Positions 39,101-51,649 of a stretch of 64,000 bases of DNA are shown one piece after another (the stretch's first letter is position 1; each line of letters opens with the position of its first letter). A model generated the notes under the pieces. The model was given only the letters and a program-made list of their open reading frames with translations, was not told the origin of the DNA and ran no database searches. Origin of the DNA: Marsupella aquatica (taxonomy: Eukaryota; Plantae; Marchantiophyta); assembly GCA_973895155.1 (NCBI GenBank), contig OZ316893.1, positions 8,270,963 to 8,334,962 on the forward strand, given 5' to 3'. The translations under genes were made by a program, and so were the position numbers.

Positions 39101-41955
39101 ATGCCAGAGGGGACGGAGAACAGCAGATGGGGAGATGTACTCATGGTTTCGGCAGTCGGGACGGGGCACGTGACGCCCTTGATGCACGTGGCCAAAGGAT
39201 TGATGGAGCGGGGGGTTTCCGTCACTGTTGCCATAACAGAGGACGAGCAAGCTCTCGTGAAGAAGAAAGTGGAGTCGAAGTATCTGGAAGCTGCTGGTTT
39301 GATGAATTTCGCGCTAGTGCCGTCCCTGAGCAAGTTGGAAGTCAAAGATACTGGGTTGGTGGGAATATCTACGAACATGGAGCGCGCTTGCCAGCCACTT
39401 TTCCAAAAATTGTTGGCCGATCGGGAATCCGGCGTTGTACGGGTGCCCAAGTGCATAGTCGCCGATCAATTTTTGGGGTGGACGCAGGCGAGTCGATCTT
39501 CTTTTGAACCACCTCGGCAGGGTATTCAAAAACGTTGTCGATCAGGACTGGAACTAAATGACTGAGAGTTTAACACAACGTAGCGTCGAGTTCAGCTGAG
39601 CTGAGATGACTTCCAAAGTTGAAGAGTCGACTTGAATTGGATCGCATTTGATTGAAGAGTCAAAAACTGTAAAATGTAAATAGAGGCCCAATCGGGGCAC
39701 GGCTGCCATAGTCAAATGTATAGAACGTACGCTCAGACAAAAACATTTGGGACCTTAGAAGCCAAAAACATTTGGGGACTCATCAAGAGAAATTTAAGTG
39801 CATCGGTACTTTCATATTCTCTCAAACTGGGCAGTGTGTAGTCATGTGTTTCAGCTACGATTGTGCCATGGCCTTGTGGGAGATTAAGTCAAATTCACAG
39901 TGTTGTAAGCGACAATGGCCCAGAAACGAGCGAAAAATTCCAGTGTAGTTCACGAAGAAAAGTATAATAAAACCTTTCCCAACAGTTTCGGACGCATTGT
40001 GAAAGGTCTTTAGAGCTGTCTTACTCGGGTTCGGGTTGGTGAAATATTGATTAATACAGAAATGGTGATCAGTTGATAAGATTCCGACTTATTGTCCTTG
40101 TGTATTTGTGCTTCAAGTCTTGAAGCTACAGGTTGTGATCCTCAAAAAATGACATTTGTTTGCTTGCAGGTCTGGGCAAACAAGCTCGGGATTCCACGAT
40201 ACGTTTCATTCCCATCTCCAGCAGCTTATGCAGTGGCCATGCTATGTCACAGTTGTCTTGACGATCAGCTCGAGCACGCCTCAGATAAAGACGATCCAGA
40301 ATTCATTGTCAGAATACCTCAACTTCCGGTTGAGCTGCAAAAGACTGATCTACCTGAGTCATTTCTCCACAACCATTCGTTTAAAATCAAAGTTGTCAAC
40401 CCAAGCGGAGACAGCTTCAAAGAAGCAGCTGGCATTCTGTTCAACACTTTCTATGAGTTGGAATCCGCAGCCATTGAAAGCTTCCGGGCTAACGTTGAGA
40501 AACAGACTGCTCCCGGCAAGGTTGGTGGTCATTTTCCTGCTCGAGATTCTTATCAATTGAAGTCAGCTGATGGAATCGATTCTAATGCGCCTATTTAAAG
40601 CCTGCAAGTTATGAATGGGCGACAATTATTTTATTTCTTAACAGAGATATTCTACCTAACCTAATCATTTCTTGTCTTGATTCACTCTTCTTATGAAGAA
40701 CATGTTCACTTCTTAAATCTCCGATGCCATCATCACTGGTAATGAGGGACTTCCTTACACTGATAATCCTGTCACAAACTGATTGATATGTTTTGTGACG
40801 AAATCTTCAATGCGAGGAAACCCATGTTAAAAATGTTCAAGTGGTTCTCGTGCTCAGATGGACGATTAATTTCTGATGAAATTTTTTGAGCAGACAGCAG
40901 GACGTGCCATCAACATATCTACACGTAGTTGTTTGATTGATAAAGAAATTGAATATATACTATACATACAAAATCTGAATAAGAATTTGGATTTGCTTCT
41001 GTATGCTTGTTTTATTTCTTACAATGTCTGAAACTCCACAAATTGCTTAGTACCATATGTGGTTGAGCATGAGGTGTTTTGTTTGACAATGAGACGCACT
41101 GTCGAATTGTGATGACACAGGTGCCAAGAATGCTACCAATCGGACCAATGTTGCCTCCTGAGTTCTTAAAAGAGGGTGCGTTTGAAGATGAAACGACCAA
41201 GAATTCCAACTGCATCCAGTGGCTAGACTCACGACCTGTCTCCTCAGTGCTCTACATTGCTTTTGGTAGCTGGGCCTATCTCTCTCCACATCAAATCCAG
41301 GAGTTGGCTCATGCTCTAGAGGCCACTCAGGTACCCTTCTTGTGGGTCCTTAGAATTGAAGGCTCTCCTGAAGAGTCCGGGAACGTGTCCGAGCTCCTGC
41401 CTCCAGGATTTTGTGCTCGCACCCAACATCAAGGACTCGTCTATTCAGAGTTCGCTCCACAACTTCAAATACTGTCACATCCCGCCACCGGTGGCTTCCT
41501 GACCCATTGTGGCTGGAATTCTTCCCTGGAAAGCATCTGCAGGGGCGTACCTATGATTGGATGGCCCAATAAGGCGGAGCAAGGAATTTGCTGCAGGTGA
41601 TCCATCTAAACATTATTCTTTCACTGAGAGACAGTTTAACGAAGTACCTATGCTTTCTGTTGTGGTGGAAGATGTTATCTTCTTTTTCTGTTGACTCAAA
41701 AAAAATGAGAAATGCTGCAGGGTTCTGGTGGATTTGGCAAAGGTGGCCGTCGAAGTTACCAAGGGACCTAATGACTTAGCGGACAGGCAGGATCTCGGGA
41801 CGGCTATAACGGCTTTGATGAAAGAGCCTCAAGGTAAGGAGTTGAAAAGAAGGGCTACAGAACTCCAGCAGCAAGCAAGGGAAGCTGTATCACCTGGCGG
41901 TTCATCTCATAGGAATTTCGAACAGTTTGTCAAAGACATTCGTGAGCAGCTTTAG
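39101..41955 (+). CDS. Family-1 UDP-glycosyltransferase (UGT), ~482 aa
   Basis: Exons 39101-39487 (GC donor CAG|GCGAGT), 40170-40520, 41121-41596, 41721-41955. Catalytic His in GHVTP, Asp in VADQFLGW, NTFYELE, WLD..YIAFGS, PSPG box FAPQLQILSHPATGGFLTHCGWNSSLESICRGVPMIGWPNKAEQ, C-terminal GGSSHRNF. Confidence 0.93.
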
Positions 41956-43244
41956 TTAGCAAACGTTTTCCATTGGACACGGTTCCAAACATAATCCGCC
42001 ATTCATATCACAGCACATAAAGTGCCACGAAGTGGCATTGGCTTCATTCAAGAGATATTTATGCAGGCTCCCTGGTGGGGTACTGAACAATGCAGAAGTA
42101 GCTTTGAGTGGGGAATCAGGGGAGCAGTTAGCAAAGCTTGTGTCCTCGGAGAAGCCACTCGAGCTTGATTGCGACCAATGTACAATACCATTCAGTTCAC
42201 AATTGTGTGAATAATTTACAATCAAGTTGCAATGGTGTTCTACAGAACTACCTTCGGGAGAATCAGCTCCTCTTCGTCGTATGTTGCTTGCTAAATTATG
42301 TCTTTACCATTTAGGAATTAGGTTTGCAGCTCATTGTCATCAGCATAAGAAAAAACTCCTATTGGTGCTCATAAAAAAACGCTTTATTGCTGGCGCAAGA
42401 ATCATTTGTAAGGGCAATATCTTAGGTAAGGGTTCCCGAGCACTCACATGAGCACTTCACAAGACGAGAACTAAACTCAAAATTTTCCCCCTTTTTGTGC
42501 TTTATCATAGGGGTTTCCCTTAAAAAGAAAGAGACAATTCTCCTTTTGTTAATCACTACAAGCAACTGTGTCAGACTAGGAGCAGATGCAGAGCACAGAT
42601 GTAGAGAGGAGCGCTAGACATGGCCAAGGAGAGCAGATTAACAGTGTACAACCGGATCACACAGAAACAAGTGCATAGTTTCAACCGAGAAGTTTTGCAG
42701 CAAACTGGCAGGAAAAGTTAGCTCATTCACTTACTGCAGTAGCTTGGCCCAGAAAACTCTTGGTCAAGTCCAATAGGTTCGCTCGGTGCAAGTACTTCAT
42801 TGTGCCCATTCAAAACAAATACTTAAAAGATACATCCCAATGTTCATCTTTCTTCAGATTTAGAGATCTTTTTGAGTGCAAGGAAAAGAGGCTCGTGCTC
42901 CTCACATTTACACATTTGTAGAGCAGAGCTCGATTGTGCTTAGACAAATTCCAAACCTTATTGCTTATGTCATAATTCCAGAGGTGCCCTTGATTATAAC
43001 ATGAAAAGAAAAAGTCGTCGTGAAATCAAGCTTCCAATGAGACAAATGTGCAAGTGTACAACTCTATCTACGCGAGCAGAGCTTCACCTCCCTGACAGCA
43101 AATTAGTAAGCCAGCTGCACAAGCAACGACGTTCTCCATCCTGAATCATCAATACTGACCTTTCCAAAACATTGGCCAGTCATTGGCAGCTACAATTGGT
43201 GTACAAGAAGAACATGCAGCGGTATGCTAGTGACTGGATTCTTT

Positions 43245-43700
43245 CTATGCCTCTGCGATGGCTTTAGAGTTTTCTACGATTTCCACAGGTAAGGTTACCA
43301 GCAGCTTGTCCAGAGCGCTAACAGTCATGGTGAGATCCATCTTCATCCTGTCAACTGGAGCTCCAATTGACCTCGAGGCTTGCAGCAGACGAGAGTCCAA
43401 ATCCTCCAAAGCACTGAGACACTGATCCACAGCAGCAGTGCATCCTCATTTTCTGTTTCTGCAGCATACTGAGCAATTGCACGTATATCGATCAGAAGGG
43501 AGGCGGCAGGACGCAGCAATGACCGAGCTCTGCTGTTCGACAAAATATTCTTGGCGCCAACAGCTTAAGATTAAACGAGTCTCCCTCTCTTTAAATGGAG
43601 TCGCATCAAAAGCTTCTATTGGATATTTCAATGAAATGCTCTTCACAGAAATGCTTGACGCCAGTAACAGACTGAGCTTGGGACATAGAATTAGCAACCC
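43245..43700 (-). pseudogene. Disabled copy of a conserved uncharacterised plant (probably plastid) helical protein
   Basis: RSLLR-PAASLLIDIRAIAQYAA (ORF 43343-) frameshifts into VDQCLSALEDLDSRLLQASR...ALDKLLVTLPVEIVENSKAIAEA* (ORF 43245-). Matches a family I recall as RSLLRSGPA.SLRVNIRAVAQYA..VDQCLRALEELDSLLL. No introns evident. Confidence 0.7.
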
Positions 43701-43860
43701 ATTTCCATCGTATATACATACCTTATCAGTTAAGCTCTTACAATCAATCACCCACTCTGAAAAGCATTCCCTGATCTCCTTCTGTTTACATTCCCATTCC
43801 TTTAGATGTAAACCGCCAGGGTATGAACATCTTTGATGTAGCTTGGAAGCTTGTCTCTAT

Positions 43861-44047
43861 TAGGGCGTGTCAAGGCAGAGTTGTGACTGAGTTATAGCTA
43901 TAACTCAGGACATAAAGTGTACATAAAGTGTTTTATGGCCAAGACAAAATCACTGCCGGCGACCAAAATACTTACCTTATAAACATTTTATGTCCAAAAA
44001 TCCACAGCCGTAAGACTCTGCTTAGGGGAGAACTTTGACACGCCCTA
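43861..44047. mobile_element. MITE (Tourist/PIF-like termini), 187 bp
   Basis: Perfect 13-bp terminal inverted repeats TAGGGCGTGTCAA / TTGACACGCCCTA. Inner inverted pairs GCAGAGT/ACTCTGC and GGACATAAA/TTTATGTCC. Internal 22-bp palindrome CTGAGTTATAGCTATAACTCAG. Confidence 0.8.
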
Positions 44048-44389
44048 TTGTCATCGAGCCACTTGTAGTCGGCTGAGCAGAAGAGAATAACTAATGCCTC
44101 ATCTGTATCCTAGTTCACATGTTTTATTTAAGTAGAGTAGAGGAGAACTTTCTAAAAGCCACCTTCCAAACCTAGACTATGCATTCTTCTCTATATAGTA
44201 ATAAATCTATGTATTTTTCTCTATATAGCCAAAAAATTATCAAGAGAAAAATCAGGGCATTAAATATGTGAGAATTATTGGAACAAACAAAGTATTTATA
44301 TCATCACGAAATAAATCATAAATGGCATTTATGATGTGAGATTTATTTCAACAAACAAAGTATTTATAAGACTTTTGGCATTAGTTATC

Positions 44390-44950
44390 TTTTTCACCTC
44401 AGCTGAGGTGAAAGCTGAGGTGAAGAGAATAACAAAAGAACAAAAAGAGCCAAACCCTCGGCCAAACCTATAGACCTAATAAGGGGAGAAAACAAAAGAA
44501 AACCCAGGAAAAACCAAAGAACCTGAGAAGGAAAACACAGGAAAATCAAAGAGCGAAAGCACCCAAGAGAACCCAAATGCAGAGAACAAAAGCCATACAG
44601 GAAGATCAAAGAGCAAAAAGCCCAAGAGCTAAATTGCTCAAAAGTCCCAACATCTGCACAAAAACTAAAGCCCGGATACTAAAGGTGTCTTAAATTCCCA
44701 GTGCACCTATAACTTACTGGAGTGGACTTGAGCTCCACAAAAGGTGGTGAGTTCATAATCTTTTATTGGCAAGTGCTCCATTGTTTATGGTGAGAGGCTT
44801 TTCAGAATGAGAAAGTAGTGAGGAGGGAGTGAGGCTTTTATATGGGCGGGTGTGATTTAGGAGCAGTCTTGCATATGCAAAGTCCTTAATGAGTTTCCGG
44901 CTCGCCAGTGGCATTCGACCATTGAAGCTGCTATATGGTGAAAACACCTT
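44390..44950 (-). mobile_element. Probable LINE 3'-end remnant
   Basis: T-rich repetitive UTR-like tract on the minus strand. 44873-44924 is repeated at 45483-45536 (TATGCAAAGTCCTT..TGAGTTTCCGGCTCGCC.GTGGCATTC.ACCATTGA). Confidence 0.35.
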
Positions 44951-46058
44951 TCCTATTTGGTCTTATTAAGAATTTGTGTTCAGTATTTTGATTTTGATGT
45001 GCCTTATTTAGGTGAATCAATTGTATTAATTTGATTTTGAATTAACTTTTGGACCCCCTTTAATGTATTTGGTTCCCCTCATAAATGTTTAATCTTTCCT
45101 TTTCAATCACTCCTTAGTGAATTATCTTTTTTCTCATGAGAGTAGGAGAAACGAGTTTGAACAATGTGCACATTAGGTGTACTAAGTTCCCCTAATGGTT
45201 TTCTTTACAAAATTTATGATTTAGAACTTGATTGTTATTACCTAGAATCAAGTGAAAATCTGTATGTGCACAAACTCTTTAGTACCTTTCTACTTTTTTG
45301 GTCATAATGTGCTTTTTTTTTGCATGTGTACTATGTCACTCACTTTTAATTAACGCATATTAATTTCTTGGCATATACTTTACACGTACCTACTTCTTTT
45401 ATCATAAAATAAATTAAATGAATTACATATCACTACAAGACAAAAAAAAACAAGGCATGTTCCAGGATGAACATGCTAAGTATATGCAAAGTCCTTCAGT
45501 TTGAGTTTCCGGCTCGCCGGTGGCATTCCACCATTGACTGAGATTTTTATGCCTTAACCTCCTCCTTAGGCAGGCCCGACCTACCTCATATGTGATGGAT
45601 AACCAAGGGCCCTTGAGATCCCTAACCTTGAAACTTGAGATCCTGAACCTTGAAATTTGAATAAAACAATAAAGTTTCACATTAAACAAAGTTTACAGTA
45701 AGCAAAGTGGTAGATTCTCTGGAGAATCTAAATCCACTTTTTCCCTACGATTTGACGAGTGTTAATTAAGAAGGGTCGTAAGATAATGCTCTTGAGAATT
45801 GACATGCAAGTCGGCCGTAAGTAGGAGTGCAATCAATTTGGTATATTGCCTTGCGGGGACAGTACACTCGAGGTAGTGCGATCACACCTTACAGGAAGAC
45901 ATCGAGTCCAAAACGAGCGTGGCAACCATAGCCCGAGGAGCGCAGGTCCTGGCCACTTCAACTCAGAGAGCGGATTATGTGGAGCGATACCTGCTACCAA
46001 AGCCTCTGCCGCGAAGGTGAAGTACTGTGGATGTGCTGGGTGACCACCTCTCTCGTGT

Positions 46059-46111
46059 GTTCTGTTCTGTTCTGTTCTGTTCTGTTCTGTTCTGTTCTGT
46101 TCTGTTCTGTT
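46059..46111. repeat. (GTTCT)n pentanucleotide microsatellite upstream of CSA
   Basis: About 10 perfect units ~220 bp before the CSA ATG. Confidence 0.95.
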
Positions 46112-46329
46112 GATTCGCGTATGGATTGCTCTCCCATTCATGTATGAGTGGCTGTCCAGTTCAAAGCACAAGTCAAGCATTTGAGGCATCCGCTTGGCTT
46201 TGCGAATAGTAATCTCAATTATGGGTGTACTCGCCTTGCTCGATGGGAAGAGGATGTGTCTACACAGCTCACAACCAATTTCGTGTACAGAGGGACGAAA
46301 GTGAGACGGGAATAATTCGGAGGAAAGGA

Positions 46330-49300
46330 ATGTGGCGAGGATTAGGACAGAGAGAATTAGGGGTAACTCGTCCAGGACGTGTTGCCAGTCACATCAGCGC
46401 CCAGCGATCACGCAGTTTGGAGCTGAGTACCCATAAAGAAATTGTGAGCTCCCACAAGGGTGGCATCAATAGCTTGCAGGTACTTTTCTTTAATCCGGCC
46501 TCATCAGTCAGCACTGCGAAAGTTATTAGTTGCTCATTCGTGTTTGTATACTGCCAAAACCCTTGAACACAATTCTATTGTTATTATGGCGTTGCATCAA
46601 CGTTTGGATGAATTTCCAAGTCTCAAAACCCTAAGTTACGGCACGGGACAGAAAGTACATTAAGGCAAGAGGGTTTCCAAAAGAGAAGACGAAACGAAAG
46701 TGTAAATTCGACTGTAATAAAAGGAATGTGTGGATGGATGGCTTGGACAGATTGACCAGACCGAGTGGCGGTATCTGTTGGCGGGTGCATCCGATGGCTC
46801 GGTCGGAGTTTATGATACGCTGCAACCGACTAGATTTGACTCTGCATCCCATACCCACCAGCACGAGGCAATCTTCACTGTGGATAAGTCCGCCCATCGT
46901 GGGCACAAATTTGCAGTTTCCTCTGTGCAGTGGTACCCAGTCGATACCGGGCTCTTTGTCTCAGGTTCTTTTGATCATCGCATAAATTTGTGGGATACCA
47001 ACACACTGCAGGCACTTACTTTTTCACTCTCTGCTGTCTCGACCGTGGTTGGTTGTGAGTTACTTGAATTTGCATTTGCTCACGCTAGGACAATTGAGTA
47101 TTTTTCTCGGGAGGTGTGAGCTATGGCACTTTGTACTTTCCTTCTATTTGTTCTCAATGAACTTGGGTTCATATAGGGGTATTGCATATACGAGACAAAA
47201 GTGGAATTGCTAAATCCGTCTTATAATTTGTACAGGTGGAATCACAATTTAAAATGGATGGGATGGTGTATGCTGTTGGTATGTCGCCAATTGCTGCTAC
47301 ACATATGTTAATAGCTGCTGGTACAGAGGATCCCCGAGTGCGTCTCTGTGATGTTGCATCTGGTGCCTTCACCCACACCTTATCTGGCCATCGAGGTACA
47401 TATTACTTCTTGCTTTAATGGCGAGATTTCTTTCAGATTCAGTGTAGCTGCTTCAGATCAGTAGTTCGATGAAATTGGAACCATCTGTCTGCCTTCTCCG
47501 TTAAGATTCAAGCATACAATACGAGCATTTTCTTACATTCACTATTGCACCACCAGATGGAGTTTGGGCTGTGCAGTGGTCTGTTTCTAATGAGTGGGTA
47601 TTAATCACTGGGGGATGTGATGGTGCAATTCGCTTCTGGGATATTCGGCAAGCCGGATCTTACCTAGTTTTGGACCAGCATAATTCTCAAACTGGCCGAC
47701 GTCCCCCTGTATTGAAGAAGGGGAGTCAGCAGCAAAGTGAAAAGGTGCGGTTCAAAACACCATGCATGTATAGTCTCGACTTCGTTTTGGCTGTTCTTAC
47801 AGCCCGATAGAGTTTTCTAAACTATGAATTGAGTATAATCTAAGAATCCACTGCTGTAAAATCTATAGTGCAGGCAAGGCTGCTCCCTGATGACTCTCTT
47901 GGAAAAAGACCAGAAAAGGTACAGAAGACAGCTTCTCAGAATGAAGCTGTCAAAGCATCAGAGACATTGAGAAAAAACGCTGACAAATACTCGAGCACCC
48001 AAAGACAACATCCAGGCATGGCATCAGCAGAGGATCGTGCTACTGCCCATTACGGGTCAGTCACAGCTTTGACTCCTACAACCGACGGATTTTTCTTGCT
48101 GAGTTCAGGTATTGGCACCTCCTGACTAGTGGTTGGAGAAGTTTCTCTTCCGAAAGTCAACGTTTTGCGTTTCCGGACTTGCGTGTGTTTGTTGTTTTAG
48201 GTGTCAGTTGTGGTGGCTGTCATAAAGTTCACGGGAAACGGTGCCTCCTTGTTGAAGGCTGGGTTTTTAAGGATTGTCAAGTTGGTGCTTGAGTTCCCTT
48301 AAAGTCTATATTCGCTTCAGTCCAAATGAAAGTTCAATAAGCTACTCCTGTTGTAGGTTAGGAATCACCAACAGTTTGCCATAATTACAATACGGTATTC
48401 CTGATTCTAAGATGTGATTTGTGGAGGTTTACAGGGACAGATTCAAGAGTAAAATTGTGGGACATTGAGTCTGGGTGCAACACCTTGGTAAATTATGAAT
48501 CCACACGTATACGAGGGCACAAAGGCATGGAGTTCTCCATCTCATCAGATTCCTCTCTCCTCTTTTCCCCATCAGCAAATGTTATACAGGTGAATCGTCA
48601 GTAACCTTGTCTGCCAGTAGGTTTAGGGTTTGCGAATATTTCTCATTAGCAGCACGCGAGTATCCCTTCGAATCAATTGCTGTCGTTACTTCTTTTTGAG
48701 AATATGTATGAATGAAACCACGGAGCCTCTTTCGTCCGTGCTGGATATGAAGATATGGAGTCTCAGGCTAGTGTGCCGGGAAGCTTGGGTTATGGTGGGA
48801 GTACGATCAATTGGCCATTGCATTCAATTCCTCGAAATTTTAGGGATTGGGCAAGTAAAACAGCCTCGGGTGCGCTGGATTTGCAGGTGCATGATTTGTG
48901 GACAGGCCGTCTCCTCAAGTCTCTGCGGGGTCACTATGATACTGTGAATTGCTGCGTCTTCCACCCTGATCAGGTATTGCTGACGAGCTCACTTCAGCAA
49001 CCACTAAACAAGAAATTCGTCCTGCATCAGGACATCTCATTTAAGAATCAAGTGTTTTCACTATGTATCAGATTGATGAGGGGGCAAGTTTTGTCCTGGA
49101 GATTCCTGTGCTGAACATTTTACGCAGTAGTATAAAATATGACCAAGGCGGCACTGACCTACCTTCGCCATTGGAACTACTGCTTTTGCTTCACTTCTTT
49201 TAATGCATTATCCCTCGTCCCTACTTTTTGTGTTCTGAAGGAACTGTATAGTGGAAGCAGTGATCGAAAAATTCTAAACTGGTGTCCTCCATCTGACGGT

Positions 49301-49663
49301 CCTGAGGGTGACGATGAGGTTCTATCCCATTTTCGGCTCCTTGGACATTCAACACCTCTTTATTTAGTAGAGCTTTATGCTTCTAGGTGGACCTTAGGTC
49401 TGTTGCTCAATTCCATAATTCATTGTATAAATGGGATCTTACATGGACAAGTCAAAATGGTACAGCAATCTTCATACAGTGACGTTAGCGCATAATAGTC
49501 GCCCATGTAGTACTAGACTAGCTCTTGGCCTCGGTAGCCTCCAACTTAAGATTTCGTATTTGAGTTTGTCAATGACCAGAATGTACCTGGTTCTGTTCAG
49601 GAGGAGGAGCCGCAAGCTGGACCCTCGGGAACACGGCCTGACGAAGATGCTTGGAGTGATTAA
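46330..49663 (+). CDS. CSA: DNA excision repair WD40 protein CSA/ERCC8 (CUL4-DDB1 substrate receptor), ~458 aa
   Basis: Exons 46330-46479, 46751-47011 (GC donor), 47236-47395, 47557-47744, 47874-48108, 48435-48589, 48887-48973, 49241-49318, 49601-49663. Motifs WYPVDTGLFVSGSFD, RLCDVASGAFTHTLSGHRDG, RFWDIR (WDxR), ATAHYGSV, ESGCNTLVNY, C-terminal DEDAWSD*. Confidence 0.95.
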
Positions 49664-51649
49664 AAAGGGAACTTTTTCAATTTGGTTCTCTGCAGCTGAA
49701 ATGGTCATTTGAGTGATCCGGAAGCCCAACCTAAGATGTTGCCCCTCACGCCTCACAATTGATGCTGGTGCCAGCAATAAAAGTTCTTTCTTATGCTGAT
49801 AACAAAGAATTGCAAAATTACTTCCCATAACGGTGAATCTATGGTTCGCCAAGCCACATAGGACGAAGACCAACTGATTCTCATGAAGGTAGTCCTGTGG
49901 AATTTCCAGACTTTGTAGCTCAAAGATACCTACAGTATAGTAGTACCTCTTGTATAGAGTTAGACTCAATTGTAAATTACAGCAATCAATCCAGAATCTG
50001 GCTATTTAAAAGAAAGGATTGATACCTTCGGTTCCAAGAGAGAGCTTATGTGAAGTGCAAGTGAATGACAATAGGTATAGCACTACGAAAAGATTGTAAG
50101 GTCACACTTGAGACAGTGTAGACCTTGTTTTATACTGCTTTCTTCATCAGGGTATAATTTGACGTTCATTCGAACTGTGAAGAGATGGCGAGTTGGGAGT
50201 GTCTGTTGTGAGCATATGCCTGAATGATAATTTATGGAATGGTAATTGTAGTAGTCTGTACCCTTCGGATTGGTATTGGGAAACTATATTGTACTATAGG
50301 TAAGCTTGGAAAAGAATTTCGATCTTAGACAGTCCATAATCCTCCCAAGACATCATAGAGAAACTCCAGACGGAAGTCACCACAGATTGTAGCAGAGAAG
50401 GTTGAACTGAAGGCTGAATCCATGTCTGAAAAAAACACCTCAGGCAGAATTCATGCTGGAGGTCAGAGTAGATTGAGTTGCAAAGTTGACTGGGACTGGG
50501 ACAATCAGTTGACTTTACATAGCACAATTGTATTCACATGAAACAAATAAGAAATCCTTGATTAAGCTAGCCGGCTGCACCACTAGATTAACAGTAAAAT
50601 ATGTTGTAGTGTTTGTAGGGTCTGTGATGATTTATTTTAGTTTTGAAATGTTGAACTCGTCCCATCGAAATTTGGAAAATAACTTTGGAAAATAACTTCA
50701 CACTTAATTAATTTTTTTAGATATGACATGACTTGTAATTTGCAGCCCTTTAATTTAAAGACTGTGCCCCTTATGTTGCATTCCAGAGACATGGTCATGC
50801 AAACAGTCTGAATGATGGGAGTTGTAGTAGTTGTAAAATTATTCTAGTGCGTTGAGATCCACTGTAAATTTACTTGAAATTCATTACAGACCCCATGGAA
50901 CATTTCTTCCAAAATTTCTGGATGCCACACTAGCATAATTTGTCATAAACAAGACCATATCCATGTTTTCTGGTGATCTGTTTCAACTTTATATTTAAGT
51001 TACATATTTTTGAAATAATGACAAGTAAAACAAAACTTTTCAACTACTCTAACATTTACAAAGTTATCAACATAAGAAACATAAAAATATATATAATTTC
51101 TCAAACATTTACCAGGTAATTTAAGAAACACTTTGGTTACATGGATAGAGGATAACAAACAAAGATAAGAAACACCACAACTAATATGGGTAGAGGAATG
51201 CCAACCAATTTCAATTCCTATGAACAAAGTAATGTTTTATGGAATGTTATATGTGCATAGACATAGAGATACTAAGGGAAACTTTTTGCGTGGAGGATTA
51301 CCTTTGGTATAACCATGAATATACTCTTATTTATCTTCAATGAAATTATCCTAATTACCTTTAAAATTTATTTCATTTAGAATCCGCCATTTAATCTTTA
51401 TCATCTCATTCTCATTTATGATGTGCAACTCTTCATGACTCCAAATAATTTGATAAGACAAGTTTATATAATAAACCAAGAGATACTCTAACTAATTGTA
51501 TCTTTGGCACCAAAGAAACACATCAGGATCTTCTGTAAAAACAGTTTGTTCAAGAAAAATCAAAAGTTTGTTCATGGGAACTTATGTCAAATTCACTCTA
51601 CTCAATCAAGAATATGAGCACAAGGGCCAAAGTACTCATGACGACAACA

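Noticed and set aside
42032-42214. 60-aa ORF just after the UGT stop
   Set aside because: GTG start, probably 3' UTR; no convincing homology.
49472-49969. 165-aa antisense ORF over the CSA 3' end
   Set aside because: TTG start, overlaps intron/UTR, no recognisable features.
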